Positions 1 through 13,100 of a stretch of DNA of 64,000 nucleotides are shown here, piece after piece. The notes beneath the pieces were generated by a model, which ran no database searches, was not told where the DNA came from, and saw only the letters and a program-made list of their open reading frames with translations. Each line of letters starts with the position of its first letter. Position 1 is the first letter of the stretch. Origin of the DNA: Tubiluchus corallicola (Eukaryota; Animalia; Priapulida); contig JAQGDQ010002367.1 in the NCBI GenBank assembly GCA_030141605.1, positions 372,001 to 436,000 of the forward strand, in the 5' to 3' direction. Made by a program: the position numbers and the translations under genes.

Positions 1-1353
1 TGTAAAAGAAGTTACACTCCTCATACATTTGACCCAAGAACATGTTATTACGGATTTTTGTGAACATGTTCAAGTCATTTTTGGGCAATTTCTCCGCTGA
101 TTTAATATGCATCGTAAGAAGCAGCAAAGCATTAAGCTAATTATACACAATTATATTCTGATGTTTATTTTATGTAAGGATTTTTTCTAGATCTACTCTA
201 ATTCACTCCACACCGTCAAAACGTCTTGCTAATTAGATGTAAATCAATGGCTTTAAATATTTTCGTGTTTTTTGCTTTTCAAAATGGACAAAAAACTGGC
301 GACCAAAAAACGTGGGCCTACCTGCAGCAAGATAGTTGCACAAAGCTTTTCTCCTGCAATTGGCTTCAGGAAACATTGTGATCACGTGATCACATCTATT
401 TCTAAATGCCTTTATTTGCATAGTCAGAAACCTTACACGAGCTCATCTCGGCTATTTGTCCACGTTATTTACAGGCTGTATCCTTGTATTCTCCATGCTG
501 ACACGCGAAGCTTTTTAATTCTGCAGTGTTTCCTTTTTTATTGCACCCAATCAATTCAGGCGATAAACCAGAAATTAGACAGAATGGAAACTGTAGGATG
601 GAAAAGGCAGACGAACAGACAGACATCACATTACCCGTGATGATGACCACGATGATGATGATAATGGTGATGATGACATCAATAATAAATGATTCATGAA
701 ATAAAACAAAACGAATTGTATGTATCAAACTTATATTAATATTAACTTTGGTATCAGCAGTTCACAGAGGTTTTTTTGTGCATGTCTGTGGTTTAGTGCA
801 TGGAGGTCTACTCTTCACGTAACTGCATCAAAACCTGCCCTTTTTTGAGGTTGCAAAGTTTCATTTTTCGTAGATGGTGGTGGCTGAGCTCATCCTTAAT
901 GAACAGACCTGTGAAATTGCATTTTGTAAATTGTGCGGTAGGACTGCGCGATGACTTACAAGATTTTCTGAAGCTTCTGTTTAATCAACCCGGGCCGGAC
1001 GATGAAAGGTGTAGATATAATAACTGAATTACAAGAGTAATCTGAAAATGTGCTCTTTGAAATAAGATTAACATTTCCGGTACGAAGCAATTACATATAT
1101 TGCGCAGTAGAAAAATTCTTGATAATAAAGTTGCACAGAAAAATGTATGAGACATGCAAAGTTTCAGAATTGCACTACAGTGGTTCTTACATTTTTACTT
1201 AATAGAACTCAATCAGAAATATTTAAGATGATGTACGTAAAGTACCCAATGTAAATAAATCCTTTTAAAATGAAAACTTGAAAACCCACAGTAGACGAAT
1301 CAGCTGAACGCATGGAACTATAAGGTCAGACCCCACACAAATAGAAAAAAATC

Positions 1354-1464
<111 letters not shown>

Positions 1465-1599
1465 TTATTATTTCAGCATTGCAAACGCCCATTATTAAAG
1501 GCTCTTTCATAACATCTGTAAATGCACTGATCACATTTGACTATCTATGAGTGTGGACTCTACGTTATTGCCTTGCAGTTTAGTCACTAAATTATCTCT

Positions 1600-3060
1600 T
1601 TTTTCTGTATTAATCAGTTCACAATCAAAAAGAAGATGTTCTACCATTTGGCAAGGATAACCAAATTCATATACAGGATTTAGGCACTTTCCTATTTTAT
1701 GCAGAAACTGTCTGAATTTTTCTTGATTTACTAAAAAAACAAAGACAATTTATTATCACTGATCTTGAGTTTCCTACTGGAAAAATTATTGGTTGCTGAT
1801 AATTATCCTCGTGTTGTAAATCTGCTGTGCCATTGATTCATTAAGACTGACTCGATCTCAGATCTTTTATATAATAGCACATCAGGTGGGTGTTGTTCTA
1901 GGTCTGAAGTCCGCAGTATAATTGACCTGTTTCACCAGTAACTGCCCAGTGGCATTTCATAAAATGTTTATAAGCTCCTTGTCTATTGTCTTGGAAAATA
2001 CGTACCACATTTTGATGCACCATATCATCTTTACAGCCGTTTAGCATTTTTAACATGAATTAAATAATAACCACGCGATTGTATTCTATGTCTAATGGTT
2101 TTAGCCACATATGGTGGTTAAAAAACCAAGGTTACCAAGTTGATTCAGGTTGGCATTGTCAAATCCAAATAGAATTACTTCTGTTTTATTTAGCGCACAG
2201 TTTGTACCCAGTCTCCATTTATAGCACCACTCATAGTCCTCACAACAATTTTGGACTATATAATGGCATTGCTCAGGAGATGGATGCGACATTATAATAC
2301 TGCTATCACCAGCATATTTAAACGCATACACATTTTTGAAGTGGGTAATATCACTAAACAAGTCATTTACAAAAAAGGTGAAAAGCAGAGGTGACAGTAC
2401 CGAGCCTTGAGGCAGGCCAATATTGCAGTTTCTTTCTGATGATGTGTAGTCTCCTCTTCTTAAATGCACTTTTCTATTTTGTAGGAAGTCCTTTATTAGC
2501 CCGAGAATGTTTCCAGTGGTGCCAGAAGTCATCAGTTTGAATAGCAGACCATCTATCCAAACGCTATCAAATGCGCGTTCAAAGTTGCAGCAAATGCACA
2601 CACACTTATTTCCATGAAAAACTTCGTTCTGAAGCACAGAAGTCATCCTCACAAGACATCTAATTGTACTGTGATTGGGTTTAAACCCTTTTTGCTCTTT
2701 ATCTAGCAAATTGTTAAGTTCAAGGAATTTCCGTAATCTGTTAGATATTAATCTCTCAATGAGTTTGCCAAAGTATGAAGAGATGGAGATTGGTCTGTAT
2801 GATCCTGGTTGACTATAAGATCGTTTGTCTGGCTTTGGTAAAAATATGACCTTAGATTGCTGCCATATCCACACTCGTTGTTTAATGCACATGTTGCTGA
2901 GCTGTAGAATGATGGCCCAGTATCCCATGTGCTTTAACGTGAGAGGATGATGCCCATAGACGTCTAGATTCTTTCCGCTGGTTACTGTTTGTTTAATGGC
3001 CCTGCTTAAGTCTACCACAGTGAAGTTTTTATTTAGGCATTCGGGATCATCATTAGTAAA
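1600..3060 (-). mobile_element. Degenerate non-LTR retrotransposon (LINE) reverse transcriptase fragment, probably I-group-like
   Basis: ORF 2101..3018 has RT motifs PKPDK..SYRPIS, QKGFKP, FERAFDSV, GLPQGSVLSPLLF and a decayed YAGD in place of YADD. A broken downstream segment near 1620-1720 reads FLHKIGKCLNPVYEFGYPCQMVEHLLFDC, a decayed CCHC knuckle. Boundaries approximate. Confidence 0.88.
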
Positions 3061-5875
3061 GTGCTTTCTGTAATGACCAGCTTAGCATATATGTTTGCAT
3101 TTGTAACTAGATTTAGTTATTACTATCCCCGCTTAACTTTGTTATGGAATGAGATATGTTTTTTGGCCAATGTAAACTTTACGGGAGTATAAGTAATTTA
3201 GTCTGGACTGTATAAAATTGTTTATAGCTGTTCAATGTACAAACCAGGTGTTACACTTTAGTTATGCTCATAGGTCGAAACTAGGGTAAACTCGACGAAC
3301 GGATATGCAAATACAGGTTATCCTGCTATAGTGTTATTGAAGCCAGGCTATTAGACAACCTGTTTTAGAGGTTTTTTCACACAGGTGTAGGGAGAATGAC
3401 TTGGCAAGAGAGATTTGCAGGCAGATATAATGCTGGACAGTTTTTTAACTTTTGTTTTGCTTCTTGGCACATAAATCATGAAACTTTAGATGGCTCTACC
3501 TAATGCTAATGTTTTGAGAGAGTTCCAACTACGTGTTAATGACTATTTGTGTGGGCAGTTCTAGTATCAAGCCCAGTTCACCATTTGTTTACATCGAGTT
3601 ACATTGTGACATCTGACGTGATAACCAAACTACCGGTCTACCAACGCAGGACGCTTCCAGGAACTACTCCCATCTGTTTATGACATCGCAGTTCAGCTAT
3701 GCTCAAAACACCCGGGTGAGCACTCCGATGTTGTGGATCCGCCACCTTCGTCGTCGAGCTGCCGCCGATAAGTATTGCTGACGTATACTTTCATTGATGC
3801 AGAGACTGTAAGTGATAAATTCTCGTTTCTTTTACTTAACTATTAGGCGACTGCCTGTTGCTTCGTTCTGTTCAACGATGCTTGTTTTGACTGGCTGGAG
3901 ACTAGTGGTAAAACTAAGACTCAGTTGAAAGTTCTGATGCCTACATTACAGCCTCGTGAGGATGGAGCTTTACTTTAGGGACTTAACATAAACAAACATT
4001 GGTGAACTGTTAGATTATCTTTTATGTTAGCCAAAGATAATTTTTGGGTATTGTTTGTAGCACCTGAAAGTATTTCCGGTCTGTAAATTTTGAGTAGTGT
4101 AGAACACATGTTTATTGAACGGGTACCAATTAACTCCTGTCACTTGGTTTGAACTAATTTTATATCATCAACGTTTATGAATATTAAAGTATTATCTTAT
4201 CATAAATACTGCATAAAATTAGTTTTACGTTTTGTGTTCAAGCAACATGTTGAGTAAAAACTGAGTAGTATGACACACGCTACCAAACAATAAGAGCGCT
4301 GATTGCTCATACTTGATTGTGAGATCCGCCCCACATTACACTCACTAGCCTCCCCTAGAATATTTTCCACAATAGTTTTCCATAAAGGGTCAAACTCTCT
4401 TTTTCTAATATGACTTCCGCTGAAGAACTCTCTTTTCTGGGCCAAAACAACCGGCCCTTTCTACTCAGTTTAAAAGTATTTTATTACATATGTAAGCAGT
4501 TAAATAAACTGAGCTCGGTTTCGATTAATCATGCAAACGCATGAGTGAGAGAACGGTTCAAGGAAGAGAGAAAGAACCAGAGCTACAGCCAGAGCCAGAG
4601 AGGTCTAGTGACCTATATGTATAACGTAAATACTTTAAACCGTATGATCAATGGATTACTTGATATTAGTGATTCAACATTATTGCATTTGTCTATAATC
4701 ATTGACTTGGAGAAATTTGCATTCTGTTCCCATTCACGCATCCACTGCACTTTAGCTTTTAACCGACAATTATTATAGTCTAAGAACTCCTCTTGCGCGT
4801 ACAATGCGTTACTATTTGCGGAGCCATTAGGAGGTCACGCTTGCAGGCTGTGCCGAAGAGCATGAAGAATTCAGAAATAACGCCAAAGAAGTTCTTAGCT
4901 ATCTACGTAGTGCGGACCACCTAGGATGAAAGTTGCGGGGAAAAAGTAGTGAGACGACGAGTAAAGTTGTTGTCGTGAACGTCCGCAAGGGAGAGCAAGT
5001 TGATGTTCTCGTACAATATTTGTAAAAGCAATCGATTCTTTTATTTTATTATAATATTATTAAAAGCACGATATTATAATAAAGGATGTCTCATAAATCA
5101 TTCGCTAATTTGATTTATGATACATACAACTTCTTATGGGAGCACGGCATGGTAGTTGATTAATACATGCTGACATTTAATCAGCAGGTCACCTTCCAAT
5201 TGCGAGACATATGAGCTACTTTACATATATGTCAGTGTGTCGGTATCCTCGCTGTCTGGGAAACTGGCCCAGCATAGTTTCCGATCCTCAGCTTGACATA
5301 GGCAAAACAGTAGGAGCCTTTGGATGCTTGAAGCCATCATCTCTGCTCACTATGTCATATACCTGAGTGACACCGAACACAAAGAACCATTTTAACAAAA
5401 ATGCCAAGAGCTCTTTATTGAAAGTTTTAAAGCATCTTTAATTCTTATGAAGTTAACATTCTTGAACACGAATAACTTCGTTAATTGGCTGTTAACTGAA
5501 GTAATGACTATTTTTATGGCTCGCCGTGCACAATCCACTGCAGTAAGATTCAAATCAGCAGTAGAAAAGCGGGTGTATTTGCAGAAAGCATTATAGTAAT
5601 TAAGAATTATGAAAACGTGAACGTTTGTTGTCACTGCTCGGTGCTTAATGGTTGTACAACAGGCTAGAAAATTTTTCATTGGTCATTAAGATTACTGCTG
5701 ATCATCATTTGAATTTTATAAACATAGCCTGTAGGGGATTATAGATAGGTGCTATCCTCAAACATAAGTCAAGTAAAGGAAAGAAAAAAAGGAGAAATGA
5801 AAAAAAGTAGAAAAAATTAAAGAAAGAATGAACAAGCGAAAAAAGAGGAAGTGAAAAACAAACATTGGAATACGC

Positions 5876-5925
5876 GAACAAACAAACAAACGAACGAACG
5901 AACATACAAACAAACAGACAAACAA
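5876..5925. repeat. (AAAC/GAAC)n tetranucleotide simple repeat
   Basis: Read directly; produces the spurious FVC/FVR-rich ORFs at 5705-6017. Confidence 0.8.
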
Positions 5926-8621
5926 ATGTGTACGAACAAACATGCGAAGGCACGCATGTCGTACATTATTGGAATCTGAAAGTTACCAGTAAACACGACT
6001 AAAATGTTTACATTCACCCTTTTAAAAAAGCAAATAGATGCACAAAATACTTGTTAAGTGGTGCGCAGAAACTTCAATAATCGTACTGAAAACATACACT
6101 ACATTCAATAACAAAACTAGAGTGCCAACTTGACTATTTATGAAACGCCTGAATTCGATACACATATTAAACATGTATACTGGGAAACTAGCTCATGTTG
6201 AAGTACTTTACTTGAAACCAATGGCTTCGTGTTACAGTTGGCTGCTAAATAATTCATTTTCCCATAAGTGATCTCCCAAAATGCTTAATGGAAGGGGGTG
6301 AAGTTACGCTATAGCAGAAGCTGCTGAATCTCTAGCCAGTAAATCTAATTAGTTCTTCTTCAAGCAGCTGACATATCAATATCACGCAGATATCGAAAAT
6401 TAATCAAAGCTGGCAGCTCATATCTGATAGTTGAAGCCAGTGTTGGTATTTCGTTACAATGCTTAGGGAGTTGTGGAGTATTAATCATTTCAGAATATGA
6501 CATAGTCGATGGTCGAAAACTGAGGACAAAGCGGTAATTCATAGCTGAAAGGATATAATTTTTTATCCATTTTTGCGTCAAAAGACCCTCTAGTAAAATT
6601 CATGCTCTAAATATTTTAAGATTACCAAGCAGCATAATTTTACTGCTGTTAATGTTTACAAATTAAAAAGTGTCATTAACTAATATAATGTTTATGTAAA
6701 GTAATCACACTCCCTTGGTCACTTTACACACCTAAAATCTATAAAAGGGTACTATTTCTGATCATCGTTCCAGAAAGGTAAGTGACTTGTAGCAGTGACA
6801 CACTTGACTGCCATCTTGCCGCTAATTACTTCCCCATTACCGCCACGCTGCCCTAGAATTAGCAGAATGTAGGACTTGCTTAAAGCTTTACCTTGGATTG
6901 TGAAACTGACACACAATTTTCTTAATTTTGATGTTTTTCTTTTAGTAACATACATTACAGCATTTTACTGCCGTCTGTTTTCCCGGAAATGTTTGTTACA
7001 CTGCCAATTTTAACGTTTTCAAGAAAAGCTTCGAACGAAAGGAGGCGTTGTGACCTTCTCTATATGTGTGCATGTGTGCGCGTCCGCGTGCGCGTATGTG
7101 CCCAAAACCTTTTTAATTTAGTTTTGTCTAGAACTGGAAAACCCGTATACGAACCAGTCTTACTGTTGGTTTCATGAACACAAAATGTATTGCATATTAA
7201 ATAAATCCAAAACCTGTTCTTTAACTGAACATAACTTTGTGTTAGAGATTAATTATTGTGTTAATTTTATTGTGTTAATTTGTTGTTCAGACTTGACATT
7301 TTCACAATGAGATGAAAATAGAACCCGAAGTCATGAGATGTCTCCATCGTTAGAAACCACAATTATATCTCACGTCTTCATCATAAATTCTTAAAACGCA
7401 CAAAAAACTGGAAGAAATTGATAATATAACGCGTAAACTGTAGTTAATTTTGAGGGTGTTGACTGGTAATAAAAATTATTTTCTAAGTAGCTACTATAAT
7501 TTCTCTGCATGGAAGTACAATGCTAACCTTGTGGGTAATAGCCACTATACGTGTTTGCATATTCCCACGAGAAATAGAAATACAAAGAATATTTTTACAC
7601 GCAGTTTTGTTTACAGACGTTTGACCAGTGACTTGCGAAAATTGACAAGATTTCTTGAAATTAAAAGTATCACCAGATAATGTTAAAAGTATTTTCAATA
7701 GAACTATAGAAGTTATACCTCTAAAAACTAAAGCGGTTTCCCATTAAAGCTGAACAGCCTTTCAGCGTATCCGCTTGCCGCATCTTAAACGATTCTTAAA
7801 TGATAGAAAAGGTCACAAGTCACAACATCTGTTTTCGTTCGTAGTTTTTCTTGAGAACTTGAGAAGAAAACATTAAAATTGGCAGTGTAACAAACTGCTT
7901 CATTTATCAGTTTATTTTCGTGAAATCAGACGGCAGTAAAATACTGTAATGTGAGTTCTATTAAAAAAACATCAAGAGCAAGTAAAGTAGTGCCTTTAAG
8001 CAAGTTTTAAATTCTAGCATTCTGCCTAGTGCTGAGAACAGAAAGGCGATAACGGTGGAAGTAAATAATGGCGAGATTGCAGTTTGCAATATTATAGCAA
8101 ATGTGTACTGACGCTATACAGAATTCATTCATTCGGCGATTAATGGTCCAGAATGCTTGAAACCAGCAGTAGCTAGAGAATATGTAAAAGAACAATTCCA
8201 GGCCAATTCCACAACTACCTGTCTTTGTTTCTGCTGAATCGTTCTCCTAGCCCAAATCATCGCAAGTTTCATTTAAACGCAGCCTGTTTAGCATCTCGTG
8301 ATTCTTGTCTATCTGGTAATTTTGAAGATTCTCTGCTAATTACAATATATATGTTGGATTACTCCAAAATCTGGGAGTTAAACCTTAGTCTTGTGCCTTT
8401 GTGTCAGAGATATTGAACAGTAATTTGCATTAATAAACCACTTTAGTGCTGACGTTTATTTAGTTAAATAGGCAAAGACAACAATCTGCATCTAAACATG
8501 AATAAAGATGCCTTGCTCATGTTAACAGTAGGAATTGTTTTAAGAGTATTACTGCAGGACTGAGCTTCCTCAAGAATCAATCAAATACGAATTTTAATTA
8601 ATGTGTTAGGACGTTACTTAC

Positions 8622-10145
8622 TTTTGTGAAGTCTGCATAGACAAAACCTTGCTCCAGTCCAGTGAAGAACATCAGTGCCAAAAGCACAAGCGTCCTACTG
8701 TCCTGCAAGACCCTGACTGTCTTATTCATTAAATATCTTGTGCTTTTTCGTCGTGTATGATGATGTCCACCACTGTGACTTGTGCTGGCTTCAAATCGGT
8801 CCATAAATACCGTACTCAAAATTGTTGCCAATATGCCACAGCCCAAGAACACAGTCATTATCAGGAACACAGTATTCACTTCCTGTTTGTCATAGAAAAC
8901 AGTTGTGAAATTGTACAAAAATGGCTTGTCCATCGTGCACACTTGAGCACCGCAAATTAGTTTTGTCCGAAATGGTGACGCTGTACTTTTGATGTTACTG
9001 GAATGTTGATCTGTGTAATGTGTGAACACAACAACGGCGACAGTGTTGCCAAGTGCTATGCTCATATTATAAATGGTGCTGAAGATACGATTGAATCTGT
9101 TGAGGACGCGCTCCGTAACCTCTTCTGTGATTACGGCATATTTACGTGCCGTAGCATAGAGGTATAAAGTTTGCGCATTCCACAATGGACACGAGATCAG
9201 TCCAGCAATGACTGAAGTAGGAATAATGGTATAATACACCGGGTATAGATTTGCACCAAAATAGCAGCTGTATATTACGAATGCCATTACGATTGTCCAT
9301 TTGGGTGTCAGTTTGTTCGTAACAACCGAGCTAAACAATCCCGAAACTGACATGGCAGCGTAAAAGACAGTGAGTGTTAAAAAGCGCGATGACGATGCTT
9401 GTTCTGTTCGGAGTATACTGTGGTAATTTCGCAGGACGTTAAAGCCGGTAAAGTTTAGCATAAATGCTGCGGATAGTATCAGTAAATTTTTCACTGCCCG
9501 TATTTGCTTGCAGATGTTACCCTTCTTCGGCTTAAGGTCGAGGTGTTGCAGATGCAGATGGGCTGCTGGAAGAGCTGTCAAAGCAATAGCATGAGGGAGG
9601 TAGGCTCCATAGCAGGACACCGACCTTTCAGCCTTCTTGGTACTCATGACGTTGACGTCAGAGAGGGACAACCTGATCGCGTGTGCTAGGTCTTTCTTGG
9701 CAGGTGATGGTAAGCTTGGCTTTGCACTACTCGATGGGCTGGGAAGTGGTTCCGGTTTCACACTGATGCTTGTTTTGTGAACTTGGTTATCGCAAAGGGA
9801 TGACCTTGGTGACATGACCGGTGATGATTCAGGAGATTCTTCAATAGATTCAATTGGAGGTTGATGAGACGTCGTAGCACGAGGCGATGACCGATGTCGA
9901 CTGGAATCAACATTGCTCACTCGCCGACTACCAAATAATCCCAAATCAGCTGTGCTTAACTTTCTTCCGGGCAATGCTTCAAATATGGAGTATTTGCGTC
10001 CCATTATTTCAGCTGTACTGCATTTGTGTCCTGATCCAGGGACAGCAGCCGCTATTCCGGGTAGCCCAACTGCAGCCGGAAGTTCAATGACGCTGTACTT
10101 CCGAGGAGGGTAGACCCTCTCCAAAGCTGACAACTTTCCGGCCAT
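8622..10145 (-). CDS. UNC-93-family (UNC93A-like) MFS membrane protein, first large coding exon; gene incomplete
   Basis: Translation has the UNC-93 pattern KNLLILSAAFMLNFTGF..L, KLTPKWTIV, ANLYPVYYTIIPTS, PLWNAQTLYL, an extracellular ICGAQVC and FFTGLEQGFVYADFTK. The exon ends at AAA|GTAAGT (donor at 8621-8620), so the ORF-track tail VSNVLTH is intronic. An upstream acceptor (ttttttactattatgtttcag) starts the exon at 10199. Downstream exons were not recognised in the window. Confidence 0.88.
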
Positions 10146-13100
10146 TATGATGTGTGCGTGACTGAGTTACACCATAAAATTTTCCACATTCACATTAGTC
10201 TGAAACATAATAGTAAAAAAGTATTACTAATTTACTAGTAAAACAATGCAGAGACATAATGCAATATGAACTTCAAATGCTGTTAATGAAATGTAAAGCT
10301 AATGCGATGTTGTAACGCGTGCTTTTCAGCTAATCTTGGCCTCTAAAGACATTGCAATTTTATTGTCAAAGAAGCTCAGTCGTATATCTAGTTACTGTAT
10401 ACCAATAGCCAGTTGGTAATTTAGTTGCGTCTCTATGCCAGCATGAATAATCGGAAGAATCTTTAACACCAAACTTGTCACAGGGATAGCCAAAACACTC
10501 ACTGCTTTTTGGCTCAGAAGGTCAAATTCAAAACCAAAAGGTCACAAGATTAAAAAATGCCAAATACTTTTTTATCTAAAATAAATGAAGTACGTTTATC
10601 TTGCTTGTTTAAAAAATAAAACAAAATGCCGTTTAACACAATGCGTGTCACAAAAGCGAGACCGCTAAAAATATTACAAATTAATTCATTACAGATAAAA
10701 TTCCACTAATCAATGCACCAGAAATTTTGCGTGACATAATTTTTTCAAGTAGCAACAAAGCTGTGTTTATTAAGCGTTCATTAAAATGACTCAAAGCAAA
10801 GCCTGAAAAATCTTGTCAATATTTTTGCATGCGTGACATGCAGTAAAGCTACTGAAGTGTATGTTCATAAATAATTCTAAAAGCTTGCATTTTATTTGCG
10901 CGCAGTGAAACCTTTTGTTTAATGCGTCATTCTGCTTTTGAGCACTAACAGTTAAACCGAGTACGAGCAATAAAATCACAACGCACCAATCTATAATCAC
11001 CAAACTTGTTGGTCATTCTGCCGTGAAGCCTTCCAGTATGATTCTAACGTTACGAACATTATTACTACTTTAGGTCGTGAAGTACTAATTGTATATTTAA
11101 ATGGTACGATGCTAAAGCATAGTAAAATATTAAGTTATATAATTGCACATTTTGTAGAAATGATGTTTTTGTGTACTCATTTGCTTTTTTGTTTTTAGTA
11201 CTGCTTGAATTTTGTTGTTTGTTAAACCCTATAAACGTTGTCACAGTTAATTATGTACATGAAAGAGCCAACATGTTTATTAAGCGCATACAGTCGTTTC
11301 GACTTAGCAGTCATTATCGATGCCATAAATTAAACCAAAAACTTTTAATCAGTACATTTGATACTGGAATATTTAAGCCCATAATATGTCATTACATAAT
11401 CAAAGAATAGAATGCAAATTGTCAGAATAAAAGTTGATATAACTAGAAAGACATTCAAAAGGAATGTAAAAATTTACCGTCTGACCAACTCACTTCTTAC
11501 ATTTCTTTTGAAATTCTTTCTAGTTATATCCACGTGTGTTCTAACTATTTAAATTCTATTCTTTGTTTTTGTAACGGTATATTGTATGTCTTAATACTGC
11601 AGTATCAAATGTGCTAATTATTCTTTTTGGTTTCCTTTATATTTGAAAATGACTTGCTAAGTCGAAACGCTCGTCTGCGGTTAATAAATGTAGGAATTAT
11701 CTTTCTTCTTAGAATATAAGAGTGATCTCCTGAAACTTACCGTCTTTACTACATGAATAAAAAGCTACCCTCTTCTTAGTTTCAAAAAGATTTTTTATTT
11801 ATTTCAGGAGCATTCGCCGTATTATTCATATATCTTTCTTCTTTTTGGTCCAAGCCAAGGACTGCCATCCGGTCCTTGTTGATGTTTTAAACAATTTGTC
11901 TTCTTTTCCCTCATCGTCGTCATCATCATCATTCTCACCATCGTCATCATTTGTCGTCATAATCTTCATCTGTCATTGTCATCATCATTATCGTCTACAT
12001 TGTCATCGCCGTTATCACTATTATCGCAACATCATGATTGTTGCCATTGCTGCTTCATTGAATGCGTGCCCTCAATGACGTCAACCCGATCAAATTGATA
12101 CGAATAACCAAGTTACTAACTTTTAAAAAAATTGTAGGTTACTGCTAATAACTAAGTACGGATACCTGGTAGATCCTGCACCAATTAATAACTGTGGATT
12201 CTGCAGTCTCACAATTCAACCTACTACGATTATTTCTTTCTCCGCATCCTCAGGAGATCCAGTCTAGTAATTATCCACCCGCATCATCCTGTCGTAATTT
12301 TGCCTGACCTTTCGGCGCAGTGACAGCTAAAGGAAGCTTTATTTTACAGCTGTTGTAATTAAGTAACCCATAAAATGAACGCGTGAGACCGCTTTCTGAC
12401 AAAAATCAATTAGATGGGCTTGTAAAAAATTAAAACAAAGTTAATGCACTTACAGCAAACGTATAATTATCGTTAATGGATGTAGCGGAAAGATTGCAGG
12501 TATACGATAAAATAATTATTATGTACTATTAGTGGATTTACTTTTCTCGCTTCCTTTCACTAGCGGTACACTATTTAGTCCACAGGGGTTTCATGTAGCC
12601 AGTGTTTGATCCAATAATTCTACGGATATGCGTGTATATAGCACAAATAACGGCAGAATGTCTTTCAAGTCTTAAATAGTTTTTTGTTGATGTTCGCACA
12701 AAGAAGATTTTCAACCTCAAGAAGTTTATTCTCAGCACCGCTAGACCATGTGCAGGTTGTTTACTGTCATCATATCAATATTATGTACGGTATGTATCCA
12801 TCAGTCGATATTTAGAGTAGAGTATTTATTTAGAGTAAAACTGTTAAGAGAAATAGGATAAATTACATTTAGAAGACACTTTACGAAATTAAGCTATTTT
12901 ATTCAACTGTGAACTCTAACAGGTTCTAAAAATATACCAGTGAATCCAAACCTTGCATTTGCGAATTAAATTGACTCAGTATCTAAAACGCAAAGTTGCT
13001 CTTCAATATAGAACTGTGGGCTAAAGCACAACAATGCATGTACGTAGTTAGCAGTAGTGCATGCATTGATTTGTTTAAATAATCGATTTCTGTCAAGTGT

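Noticed and set aside
808-908. Possible terminal exon of the UNC-93-like gene (minus-strand acceptor near 909)
   Set aside because: No frame resembles the UNC-93 C-terminal TM segments.
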